Assembly (NCBI GenBank): GCA_964243375.1
Contig: CAXTEE010000005.1
Location: 51,006-115,005, forward strand
DNA length: 64,000 bases
Origin: an uncultured Acidobacteriaceae bacterium
GTDB lineage: Bacteria; Acidobacteriota; Terriglobia; Terriglobales; Acidobacteriaceae
Reading direction: 5' to 3'
The position numbers were made by a program, and so were the translations under genes. Under the pieces are notes generated by a model, which did no database searches, was not told where the DNA came from, and saw nothing but the letters and a program-made list of their open reading frames with translations. Positions 51,693-60,807 of the stretch are shown in pieces (the first letter of the stretch is position 1; the number at the start of each line of letters is the position of its first letter).

Positions 51693-52723
51693 ACGAAGTA
51701 AGTGTTAACGCTATGCAGCAATCGCTACACGCACTGATGGAAGCCGAACCGCATAGCTTCCGCTTCTTTCAGATGGTCCGGCTACTGGAGAAGCTTCATC
51801 CTGACCGCCGCGCCGTGGGCATCTTCGTCTCGCCATCGGATGAAGTAGTGCGATTCACCGCGGCGCCGGCACTCACCTTTCCTCCAAGCGAAATCGGACC
51901 GTATCGGCCCGGTATCGATCGCCCGGCTTCTCTTGAAGTGAACTTCCTGGGGCTCAACGTGGTGAACGGTCCCATGCCACGTAGCTACACGGAAAGTCTT
52001 CTGGAACTGAAACGAGCCAAGGATCGCGCAACTCTGGAGTTCTTCGATCTCTTCAACCATCGCATAGTATCGCTGTTCTACCGTGCTTGGGCTCGCTATC
52101 GTTTCTATCTTGCCTACGAAAAATCAGGCGGAGGGGGCGACCATGAGATTACGGAGCGACTCTACGATCTCGTCGGCTTAGGCACGCCAGACCTGCGCAA
52201 CCGTATGGCTATTCCGGACGAAAGCGCGATCTACTACTCCGGTCTTCTCAGTAGAGACGTTCGGTCCGTTGAAGCTCTCCGGCAAATTCTGGAGAGCTAC
52301 TTCAGCGTACGCGTTGAGGTTCGGCAGTTCACGGGCTCGTGGGTTTCTCTGCCGCGGGAGCAGCGGACGGTGTTGAACGACAGCGCAATGCCGTCCGAGT
52401 GTCTCGGCATCGGAACGGTCATAGGCCACGAGGTGTGGGATCAGCAAGGCACCATGACGGTGCGGCTTGGTCCCATGCCTCTCGACCGGTATCGCGAATT
52501 TCTGCCTGGCTCCCGTGGTCAGGTAGAGCTCAGCGCGTGGCTCAACTTCTACTCGCGGCGAGTGTTCGATTTTGTTGTACAGCTCGTGCTCGAACGGACC
52601 CAAGTTCCGCATACGGCGCTCGAGACCGGTGAGGCCATGCACGGCCGTCTCGGCTATGAGAGCTGGTTAAAGACCAAACCCATGCGCCGCGATCCCGACG
52701 AAACAACCTACTTAGTCAGATAA
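51656..52723 (+). CDS. tssG: T6SS baseplate TssG
   Basis: FRFFQMVRLLE, FFDLFNHRIVSLFYRAW, VRLGPM. Confidence 0.95.
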   Translation: MATESRQPSAAIDEVSVNAMQQSLHALMEAEPHSFRFFQMVRLLEKLHPDRRAVGIFVSPSDEVVRFTAAPALTFPPSEIGPYRPGIDRPASLEVNFLGLNVVNGPMPRSYTESLLELKRAKDRATLEFFDLFNHRIVSLFYRAWARYRFYLAYEKSGGGGDHEITERLYDLVGLGTPDLRNRMAIPDESAIYYSGLLSRDVRSVEALRQILESYFSVRVEVRQFTGSWVSLPREQRTVLNDSAMPSECLGIGTVIGHEVWDQQGTMTVRLGPMPLDRYREFLPGSRGQVELSAWLNFYSRRVFDFVVQLVLERTQVPHTALETGEAMHGRLGYESWLKTKPMRRDPDETTYLVR

Positions 52724-52732
52724 GGACATCTT

Positions 52733-55393
52733 ATGGTCACAAACATCAAGTCACTCGTTTCCCGGTTCGATGATGGAACCAGACAGGCTATGGAGGGCGC
52801 GGCAGGCCTTTGTCTTTCAAGAACCCACTATGAAATTGAGATCGAGCATTTCCTCGTGAAGGCCTTCGAGCCAGAGAACACCGACCTGCCTTTAATTGCT
52901 CTGCACTTCGGAGTGAGCAGGGGGCATCTCGATTCGCAACTCAGGGCCGGTCTCGATCGCTTAAGATCTGGGAATACGCGTGGCCCCGTATTCAGCCCGG
53001 CGCTGGTGAAGATGTTTACCGAAGCCTGGTCACTTGGAAGCCTGAACTTTGGCGCGACCAACGTTCGTACGGGGCACGCGCTTTTGGCGTTGTTGAGTGA
53101 AGATGGTCTCGCGCGTATCCTTCGCGACTTGAGTCAGGAGCTTCGTAAGATCTCGCTCGAGGCACTTCTGCGGGAGTTCGATTCGATCACTGCCTCATCG
53201 ATCGAAGTGGAGACGTTTACTGGTTCTCACAGTTCGGGAAGGACATCGCCGGGAGTCACACCCTTCCTCGACCAGTACACCGTCGATCTGACGCACGCCG
53301 CGCGCGATGGCCGTATCGATGCGGTCGTCGGCCGCGACGCGGAGATTCGGCAGATGATCGACATCCTTATGCGTCGCCGACAGAACAATCCCATCCTCAC
53401 TGGCGAAGCAGGCGTGGGGAAGACAGCTGTTGTTGAAGGCCTGGCACAGCGCATCGCGGCAGGAGATGTACCGCAGGCGCTTGCATCTGTGCGCCTCCAC
53501 AGTCTCGATCTGGCCCTCCTGCAGGCGGGCGCCAGCGTAAAGGGCGAGTTTGAAAACAGATTGAAGGGCTTAGTTCAGGAGGTAAAAGCTTCCCCCGCTC
53601 CAATTATTCTCTTCATCGACGAAGCGCACGCGATGATCGGAGCAGGCGGGCAGCAGGGACAGGGCGACGCAGCGAACATCCTCAAGCCGGCACTCGCGCG
53701 CGGAGAACTTCGTACGATTGCGGCAACCACCTGGGCAGAGTACAAACGCTACTTCGAGAAGGATGCTGCACTGGTACGCCGATTCCAGGTCGTCAAGGTG
53801 GAGGAACCCTCCGAGCAGGTGTGCGAAGCCATGTTGCACGGCATCTTGCCCTCGCTGGAAAAACACCATCGCATCCGCATTCTGGATGAAGCAATTGGAG
53901 CTGCTGTCCGGCTTTCCCACCGCTATCTTCCTGGTCGCCAGCTTCCCGACAAAGCAGTAAGTGTTCTCGATACCGCATGCGCGCGGGTAGCGCTCAGTCA
54001 GCACACCCATCCCACGACCATGGTGTCCCTCACGCGCCGCATTGAGATGCTCGAGACCCATAAGCGCGTCTTGCTGCGTGAACTAGCGACGGGAGCGCAG
54101 CATGCCGAGCGTATTGCGGAAGGTGACGAACAAATTCGACTCGCCACGGAGGATTTGGAACGGCTTCGCGAACGATGGGCTAAAGAAGGAGAGCTCGTTC
54201 GCAGGATAGAAGCGCTCTATGTCGTTCTCGAGGACGGGCAGGCATCCGGGGGAGAGGAGCGCGCCGAGGCTCTTACCGAGCTAAGTGACTTACGTGCACG
54301 TTTGCGCGACTCTCAATCGCAGATCCCGCTCACCCACCTTGCTGTCGACGCACAGGTCGTCGCCTCCGTTGTCTCGGAGTGGACCGGAATCCCTCTCGGC
54401 AAGATGATGGACGACGAGATCGTCAAGGTCTTGAACTTGGAAGCGGAGCTCAAAAATCGAATCATAGGTCAGGACCACGCGCTCGCAGCCATCGCTCAAC
54501 GCGTTTGGACATCGCGAGCCAACATGGATGATCCCGGAAAGCCCATCGGCGTGTTCATGTTGGTTGGGCCCAGTGGCGTCGGTAAAACGGAGACCGCGCT
54601 TGCGCTCGCGGATCTCCTCTATGGAGGCGAGCACAACATGGTGACGATAAACATGTCTGAGTTTCAGGAGCCGCACTCCGTCTCCACACTGAAAGGCGCG
54701 CCACCGGGATATGTGGGCTACGGCGAAGGAGGCGTACTCACCGAAGCCGTGCGCCGCCAGCCATATTCTGTCATCCTTCTGGACGAAGTCGAAAAGGCTC
54801 ATCCAGACGTGCTCGAGTTGTTCTTCCAGGTCTTCGACAAAGGCCAGATAGAAGATGGCGAGGGTCGCTCGATCGACTTCCGCAACACGCTCATCCTGCT
54901 AACGACGAACGCGGCAAGCGACCTCATCTCCAAGTTGTCGGCCGATGCAGAAACAACGCCTCTTCCCGCCAACATGGCCGCCGCGATTCGGCCCGAGCTC
55001 AACCGCGTTTTCAGGCCTGCATTTCTGGGCCGCACGCTGGTCGTGCCCTACTACCCGGTTCACGATGAGGTTTTGAAGCGGATCATCCGTCTCAAGCTCA
55101 GTAAGATCGAGCGACGACTCCTTGAGAACCACCGCGTGCGACTTGCATATGGGGACGACCTCGTCGAATTGGTTCGGCAGCGCTGCACCGAAGTCGAGAG
55201 TGGCGCGCGCAACGTCGACCATTTGCTCTCGAATACGCTCTTGCCTGAAATGGCGCGCGGTCTGCTGGCGCGTATGGCCGACGAAGAATCTATCGAGAGT
55301 GTCGCCGTCAGCGTATCGGCCGCGGGTGACCTCACCTACGCTTGGTCCGCCTCCAAGCATGATGAGGTCCCCGCCGCCTACATCTTGGCGTAG
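52733..55393 (+). CDS. tssH: T6SS AAA+ ATPase ClpV (TssH)
   Basis: GEAGVGKT and GPSGVGKT Walker A motifs; ClpV N-terminus; CTEVESGARNVD. Confidence 0.96.
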   Translation: MVTNIKSLVSRFDDGTRQAMEGAAGLCLSRTHYEIEIEHFLVKAFEPENTDLPLIALHFGVSRGHLDSQLRAGLDRLRSGNTRGPVFSPALVKMFTEAWSLGSLNFGATNVRTGHALLALLSEDGLARILRDLSQELRKISLEALLREFDSITASSIEVETFTGSHSSGRTSPGVTPFLDQYTVDLTHAARDGRIDAVVGRDAEIRQMIDILMRRRQNNPILTGEAGVGKTAVVEGLAQRIAAGDVPQALASVRLHSLDLALLQAGASVKGEFENRLKGLVQEVKASPAPIILFIDEAHAMIGAGGQQGQGDAANILKPALARGELRTIAATTWAEYKRYFEKDAALVRRFQVVKVEEPSEQVCEAMLHGILPSLEKHHRIRILDEAIGAAVRLSHRYLPGRQLPDKAVSVLDTACARVALSQHTHPTTMVSLTRRIEMLETHKRVLLRELATGAQHAERIAEGDEQIRLATEDLERLRERWAKEGELVRRIEALYVVLEDGQASGGEERAEALTELSDLRARLRDSQSQIPLTHLAVDAQVVASVVSEWTGIPLGKMMDDEIVKVLNLEAELKNRIIGQDHALAAIAQRVWTSRANMDDPGKPIGVFMLVGPSGVGKTETALALADLLYGGEHNMVTINMSEFQEPHSVSTLKGAPPGYVGYGEGGVLTEAVRRQPYSVILLDEVEKAHPDVLELFFQVFDKGQIEDGEGRSIDFRNTLILLTTNAASDLISKLSADAETTPLPANMAAAIRPELNRVFRPAFLGRTLVVPYYPVHDEVLKRIIRLKLSKIERRLLENHRVRLAYGDDLVELVRQRCTEVESGARNVDHLLSNTLLPEMARGLLARMADEESIESVAVSVSAAGDLTYAWSASKHDEVPAAYILA

Positions 55394-55413
55394 CAAGGAA
55401 AGGTTCGTGCGGT

Positions 55414-57348
55414 GTGCCCGGCTATACACAAACAAATCGCATTTTGCGGCTCAACAGCTCCCTAGGAGCGAACACACTGCTTCCCATGGGTTTCAGCGGC
55501 AGCGAGGCCCTCTCGGAACTCTTCGAGTATAGTGTCGACCTCCTGACAGAATCCTACGTTGTCATCGCACCCTCCGCGATCGTTGGCAAACGGGTGACCG
55601 TCGAACTTCAGGTAACAGACACCGGAACGAAGCGGTACTTCAATGGCATGGTTGCGAGTATCGAAGGCAATGGGGGAAGCACGCTCTTCAACAGCTATCG
55701 CCTGCGTATGGTCCCAATGTTGTGGCTGCTCTCACTCAACCAGCAGACGCGCGTCTTTCAGGACATGTCCGTGCTTGATATCACACGCAAGGTATTGGCG
55801 CCGTATAGCATCACCCCCAAAGTCGAAACGCACACAACCTACCAGATCTTGCAGTACTGCACGCAGTATCGCGAAACCGATCTTGAGTTCGTCCTGCGTA
55901 TCTTGGAGCAGCACGGCATCTTCTTCTACTTCACACATAGTGCCTCCGACCACGTGCTCGTCCTCTCGGATGCAAGCACCCTTTGTGGAGAGTGCTCTGT
56001 GGTCAGCGAATTCGACTTCTTCGTGGAAAGGGAGCGGCAGCTTAGCTTCTATAAGCCCATCATCCTCGGCTTCCGGTCGCGTTCCACGCTCATTCCGGGT
56101 GAGCACACGGCTTGGGACTACCGCTTCATGCGTTACGACGTGTCGCACGCAAATCCGCAGACCTTGCATTCTACCGCCGAGATGGGTGAGAACAGCCACG
56201 AAATGTATGACTTTAGCGACTCAGCAGCAGCGTTCTTCAAGACCGAAGCAGCTGAATACAGGACGCCCCTGCAGCAAACGCTAATGCAAAGAGTGAACCG
56301 CGACGCTATCGATGCGCAGGCCGTCGTCTGCTCTGGTGAATCCACCGCCAGCACCATGCAGGCCGGGTTCAGCTTCAAGCTTCGGAAGTACCCACAGACC
56401 GAAAAGAATATTAAGTACCTCCTCACGCGAGTCACGCACTCTGTGCAACAACAGCCGGGCTACCAGGCCGAGATTACTTTGCCGGATGATGACCCTTACA
56501 CAAACACGTTTGAGGCCCAACCCTTTTCTCACATCTACCGCAAGGCGAGAACCATGGTTAAGCCACGTGTCTACGGCGTTGTCACCGGCAAGGTAGTCAC
56601 CTCTCCGGGAGATGACTCGCATCTCGATCGCTTCGGCAGGGTCTGCGTGCAGTTCTGGTGGGATCGCCATCGTCCCCCGCAAACACCTGACAAGACCCTC
56701 CTCCGCGTCGCTCAGCAATGGGCCGGGAAGGGGTGGGGAACGTACTTCTGGCCTCGCGTCGGGGACGAAGTGCTCATCGATTTTATCGAGGGCGATCCCG
56801 ACGCTCCTGTCGTCGTCGGCTCACTCTACAACGGCGTCAACATGCCGAAGTATGATCCAAAGTCCGAGTACACCCGCTCAGGCATTCTGACGCGATCCTC
56901 TCGAAGAGGAACGGAGGAGAATGCCAATGAACTTCGCTTTGAAGATCTGCGAGGGGCGGAACAAATCTTCGTAAAAGCGGAGCACGACATCGACGAGCGC
57001 ATCAAGCACGACTCGAGACGCTGGGTGGGCAACCAGGACTCACTTGTCGTCATAGGAGACCAGCTGGAAAGGGTGGAAGGAAGCCAGTACGCAACGGTCC
57101 TGGGAAACATCCTGCAGAAGGTGGACGGCTCTTCTTCCTCGATCGTTGCTGACCAAATCATTGTGCAGTCCGGAACGCAGATAACGCTGCAAGTAGATTC
57201 TTCCTTTATTCAGCTAAGTCCTGCTGGGGTGGTGATCTCAGGGCCGCTGGTTCGGATTAATAGTGGAGGAACCCCCGGGATGAGCCCAGGAATACCAAGG
57301 AATCCGGATGTAGCCGACGACGGCACCAAGGGAGGCAAGTTGTCGTAA
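55414..57348 (+). CDS. vgrG: T6SS spike VgrG (TssI), no C-terminal effector extension
   Basis: YCTQYRETDLEF, WPRVGDEVLIDFIEGDPD, NELRFED. Confidence 0.95.
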   Translation: MPGYTQTNRILRLNSSLGANTLLPMGFSGSEALSELFEYSVDLLTESYVVIAPSAIVGKRVTVELQVTDTGTKRYFNGMVASIEGNGGSTLFNSYRLRMVPMLWLLSLNQQTRVFQDMSVLDITRKVLAPYSITPKVETHTTYQILQYCTQYRETDLEFVLRILEQHGIFFYFTHSASDHVLVLSDASTLCGECSVVSEFDFFVERERQLSFYKPIILGFRSRSTLIPGEHTAWDYRFMRYDVSHANPQTLHSTAEMGENSHEMYDFSDSAAAFFKTEAAEYRTPLQQTLMQRVNRDAIDAQAVVCSGESTASTMQAGFSFKLRKYPQTEKNIKYLLTRVTHSVQQQPGYQAEITLPDDDPYTNTFEAQPFSHIYRKARTMVKPRVYGVVTGKVVTSPGDDSHLDRFGRVCVQFWWDRHRPPQTPDKTLLRVAQQWAGKGWGTYFWPRVGDEVLIDFIEGDPDAPVVVGSLYNGVNMPKYDPKSEYTRSGILTRSSRRGTEENANELRFEDLRGAEQIFVKAEHDIDERIKHDSRRWVGNQDSLVVIGDQLERVEGSQYATVLGNILQKVDGSSSSIVADQIIVQSGTQITLQVDSSFIQLSPAGVVISGPLVRINSGGTPGMSPGIPRNPDVADDGTKGGKLS

Positions 57349-57413
57349 TGTCTGACCTGCGATCTCGAGAAACTGACCACCCTCAGAAAAAGATAGTTGA
57401 AGGAGAGACACCA

Positions 57414-57803
57414 ATGCCGCTTCAAACATGCTTAGGTGCAACGCTGCGCTGCAGCTTCGGAGTCGCACCCAGCGAACTGATGGTGCTGCCTGTAAACCGG
57501 GTCATCACCAACGACCGGCCGGATGCCAACATCGGCGATCATGTGCCTCTTATCAACATTCTCCCATTTGGAATGTGTATCTCTGAGGCAAACCCAGCCG
57601 TGATAGCTGCCACCATCGCGGCGCTGGGCGTTCCAACCCCGGCACCCTGCATTCCGGCAACACCTTCCCCTTGGATTCCTGGATCCGTCAACGTCCTTCT
57701 CGGCAACCAACCGAGCTTGAGCAGTGATTCGAAGCTGATGTGCTTGTGGGCTGGCGTAATCACCATAGTCCAGCCTGGTGAGGAGACAGTGCTAATTAGC
57801 TAG
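57414..57803 (+). CDS. DUF4280 PAAR-like spike tip protein
   Basis: ATLRCSFG, NILPFGMC, PAPCIP, LMCLWAGVITI; AAGGAG RBS. Confidence 0.9.
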   Translation: MPLQTCLGATLRCSFGVAPSELMVLPVNRVITNDRPDANIGDHVPLINILPFGMCISEANPAVIAATIAALGVPTPAPCIPATPSPWIPGSVNVLLGNQPSLSSDSKLMCLWAGVITIVQPGEETVLIS

Positions 57804-57985
57804 AACAGGTCAGTTCGGAACATCTTGGCCGACACAGTCAGAACCAACGCGAAGACCGTCGAGGACCAGGGTTCGATGCGGACAAGAGGGTGCATTGTAA
57901 CGTCGCGATTTCGGCAGCATTGGTGGGCTTTTAGAGCACGTCGCAAGTCGTTGCAAGAACTTCGAAACATTGAAAATAAAGGAGT

Positions 57986-58561
57986 ATGTCTACTCCCCAG
58001 GTATCAATCGCATCTTCGGCATTTGGAAGTGAGCATATCGACAGCTTGTATCGCTACGCGCTCGTGTTGACCCGCAATCAGTCCGATGCGGAGGATCTGG
58101 TACAGGAAACGTATGTACGAGCAATCGAGGCATTCAATCGACTGCGTGAGGACAGCAACGTGAAGGCATGGCTTTTCACAATTCTGCGGAATCTTTGGCT
58201 CAACGCACTTCGAAAGCGTCGAAGTGGGCCAAAGCTGGTGGAAGAGGATGGGGAGAACCGTACTCTTGATGATCTCGTAGGAACAATGCCGGATGCCTAC
58301 AAACTTCTTGAAGACGAGGAAGACGCCAGTCGTGTTCGATCAGCTATCAGCAAGCTTCCTTCAGACTTCCAGACGATCCTCATCCTGAGGGAGTTTGAGG
58401 AGCTTAGTTATCAGGAGATAGCCACGGTTCTCAGTTGCCCGGCAGGCACCGTCATGTCGCGTTTGGGAAGGGCACGGGCGAAGCTCCGAATCCTGTTGAC
58501 AGAGGGGGGGAGCAAGCCTCTACAGTCGGGAAGAATGGACCAGCATGAGCAGCTGCGATGA
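57986..58561 (+). CDS. ECF sigma-70 factor (SigR/SigH-like)
   Basis: DAEDLVQETY, VKAWLFTILRN, LSYQEIA..CPAGTVMSRLGRAR; AAGGAG RBS. Confidence 0.95.
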   Translation: MSTPQVSIASSAFGSEHIDSLYRYALVLTRNQSDAEDLVQETYVRAIEAFNRLREDSNVKAWLFTILRNLWLNALRKRRSGPKLVEEDGENRTLDDLVGTMPDAYKLLEDEEDASRVRSAISKLPSDFQTILILREFEELSYQEIATVLSCPAGTVMSRLGRARAKLRILLTEGGSKPLQSGRMDQHEQLR

Positions 58562-59519
58562 GCATCGGGCGAACATTTCGCTCTTGATCGATGGGGAACT
58601 CGCACAGGAAGATCACAGAAATCTCGTCGCACACTTTGAGCAGTGTGCGTCCTGCCGGAGTGCGCTTCAGGATGAGCAAGCACTCTCTGCCCGGATCAGA
58701 GCCGCTCGACCGCGGATCGCAGCGCCCGACTCACTACGGGCCTCTATAGAACGTATGCTCCGAGCTGCAGCAGTCTCCACACCCGCTACTCGCCGCATGA
58801 CCTTCACATCTCCTCATCTTTGGCTGCGGCCACTGCTTGCTGTCGCTGCCATACTCATCCTGATCGCCGGAAGTACGTTCGCCTTCCATAAGCATCGCCA
58901 GGACCGCAACGAAGTTGTCATTCAGGCCGCCACGACAGCTCATCAACAACTCCGGGATCGGGTCGTACCACTCGACATCATCTCTGATTCCCCCGAGGCC
59001 GTGACCTCGTGGTTCGCAAGCAGAGTGTCCTTCCCATTTCGCATGGCAAACGCGGGCATCGCATCCGATTTGCGAGCAAACTACAAACTCGATGGCGGAC
59101 GACTCCTCACTATCGGCGATGATCGAGTAGCTGTAGTCTCCTTTCACATGCTGCATGAGCAGGTCAGCATGCTCGTTGCTCCTCAGCGGCTTCTCACAGC
59201 GTCGGGCGGCAAGGTCGTCGTCTCAGGTGGAATTGCCTTGCACAGCCGCGATCGAGATTCAATCCATACCGTGATGTGGAACAATCGCGGACTCGGATAC
59301 GTGCTGAGCGCGAACACTTCCATGAGCAATCCGCATACATGTGCCACCTGCCATGAAGGATCACAAACTGGTGCGAACACGGGCAGTAGGACATTTGCCT
59401 CAAGCCTTGCGCCTTGGAGCACCAATGGTTCTCTTCTGTCGCCGACGTTGAAAGTAGCAGACGTGCCAGCGCACATCGAAGAGGTGGGAGCAGACTTAAA
59501 CAGGAACACGGCTCAGTGA
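58545..59519 (+). CDS. Transmembrane anti-sigma factor with ZAS (zf-HC2) motif and periplasmic CxxCH motif
   Basis: HFEQCASC; one TM; CATCH at 59340-59354; overlaps the sigma gene by 17 nt. Confidence 0.88.
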   Translation: MSSCDEHRANISLLIDGELAQEDHRNLVAHFEQCASCRSALQDEQALSARIRAARPRIAAPDSLRASIERMLRAAAVSTPATRRMTFTSPHLWLRPLLAVAAILILIAGSTFAFHKHRQDRNEVVIQAATTAHQQLRDRVVPLDIISDSPEAVTSWFASRVSFPFRMANAGIASDLRANYKLDGGRLLTIGDDRVAVVSFHMLHEQVSMLVAPQRLLTASGGKVVVSGGIALHSRDRDSIHTVMWNNRGLGYVLSANTSMSNPHTCATCHEGSQTGANTGSRTFASSLAPWSTNGSLLSPTLKVADVPAHIEEVGADLNRNTAQ

Positions 59520-59676
59520 GTCGATCTCCAGGCTAGCATTCCGAGGTGACGTGATCCGCTGAAAGCTGGCGGAAAGTACAGCTGGTCAGAGATAATCTTG
59601 CGGGGCGGTACTACCTAACGAAATGCTTGGCCTGCGAGAACAGAAAGTGACGAGACACCACAAGAGGCAGAGAAGC

Positions 59677-60807
59677 ATGTCACTGTGCGTCATCCTGTTT
59701 GTCTGCGTTCTGGCTCGAACAGTATCAGCGCAGAACGACCTCGCGTTCCAGGCGGCCTCACTGATGCATGCAGGAAACTTTGCCGAGGCTGAGAAGGTCT
59801 GGCGTACCCTGGTTCGGCTCCATCCCGAAGATGCTTCAGCACACAATGGCCTCGGATCGACCCTCGCGCAAGAGGGAGAGCTGACCGCCGCTGCAACCGA
59901 GTATAAATCCTCACTCCGGCTGAATCATCATCAGGTCGATGTCGCCTACAATCTCGGTCTGGCAGAGTTCAAACAGGGGCGATTCAACCAAGCCGCCGAA
60001 GCCTTTCTGCAGGTGCATTTGGCAAGACCAGATGACGAGCACAGCAACATGCTTCTCGGCATGAGCTACTTCGGACTAAGACAATATCCCTCGGCGGCGA
60101 AATATCTGCAGCTGGCAAGTACACACGATGCCACCAACGCAGAGCTGCACAGTGTCCTGGCGCAGAGCTGCCTCTGGAGCAAGCAATATGACTGTGCGTT
60201 GAAGGAATATCGCAGTCTCTTGCAGGCGAATCCCGACTCTCTCCATGCACACATGCTCATGGCAGAGGCTTTGGATGGCTCAGGCAGAACGCAAGATGCC
60301 ATTGCAGAGCTTGAAACAGCCGCTCGTATGTCGCCCGCCGAACCACTCCTTCATTTCGAGTTGGGCTACTTGTACTTCAAGAAGGGAGATCTGGAGTCCG
60401 CCGCGCCGGAGTTACTCTTGGAAATTCAGAACAATCCAGGCTATGCGCAGGCCTACACCTACCTCGGGGATCTTCGTCTTAAGACCAACGACACACCCGG
60501 TGCGGAGCAACTGCTTCAAAAGTCGCTTACGTTAGACCCCAAAGCTAGGATGGCCATCTTTGACTTAGGGTGTATTTACGCGGATCAGGATAAGCGTCCC
60601 GAAGCACTGGCAGCCCTGGAGCAGGCGGTGACTCTCGACCCCACGCAGCCCGACGCTCACTACCGGCTGGCGCGCCTGTATACCCGCATGGGAGAGAGGG
60701 ACAAGGCGGCAAAGGAGTTTGCCAGGACGAAGAGCCTGCACACAAAAACCGACGACACCCTGATTCAACGGATATCGGGGCAGGATGTAACTCGGGAAGC
60801 TCGATGA
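59677..60807 (+). CDS. Secreted TPR protein
   Basis: Signal MSLCVILFVCVLARTVSAQ; multiple TPRs. Confidence 0.9.
   Translation: MSLCVILFVCVLARTVSAQNDLAFQAASLMHAGNFAEAEKVWRTLVRLHPEDASAHNGLGSTLAQEGELTAAATEYKSSLRLNHHQVDVAYNLGLAEFKQGRFNQAAEAFLQVHLARPDDEHSNMLLGMSYFGLRQYPSAAKYLQLASTHDATNAELHSVLAQSCLWSKQYDCALKEYRSLLQANPDSLHAHMLMAEALDGSGRTQDAIAELETAARMSPAEPLLHFELGYLYFKKGDLESAAPELLLEIQNNPGYAQAYTYLGDLRLKTNDTPGAEQLLQKSLTLDPKARMAIFDLGCIYADQDKRPEALAALEQAVTLDPTQPDAHYRLARLYTRMGERDKAAKEFARTKSLHTKTDDTLIQRISGQDVTREAR

Noticed and set aside
57804-57985. Autoregulatory ECF promoter upstream of the sigma gene
   Set aside because: Best candidate GGAAC(57817)-N15-GTCAG has the wrong spacing
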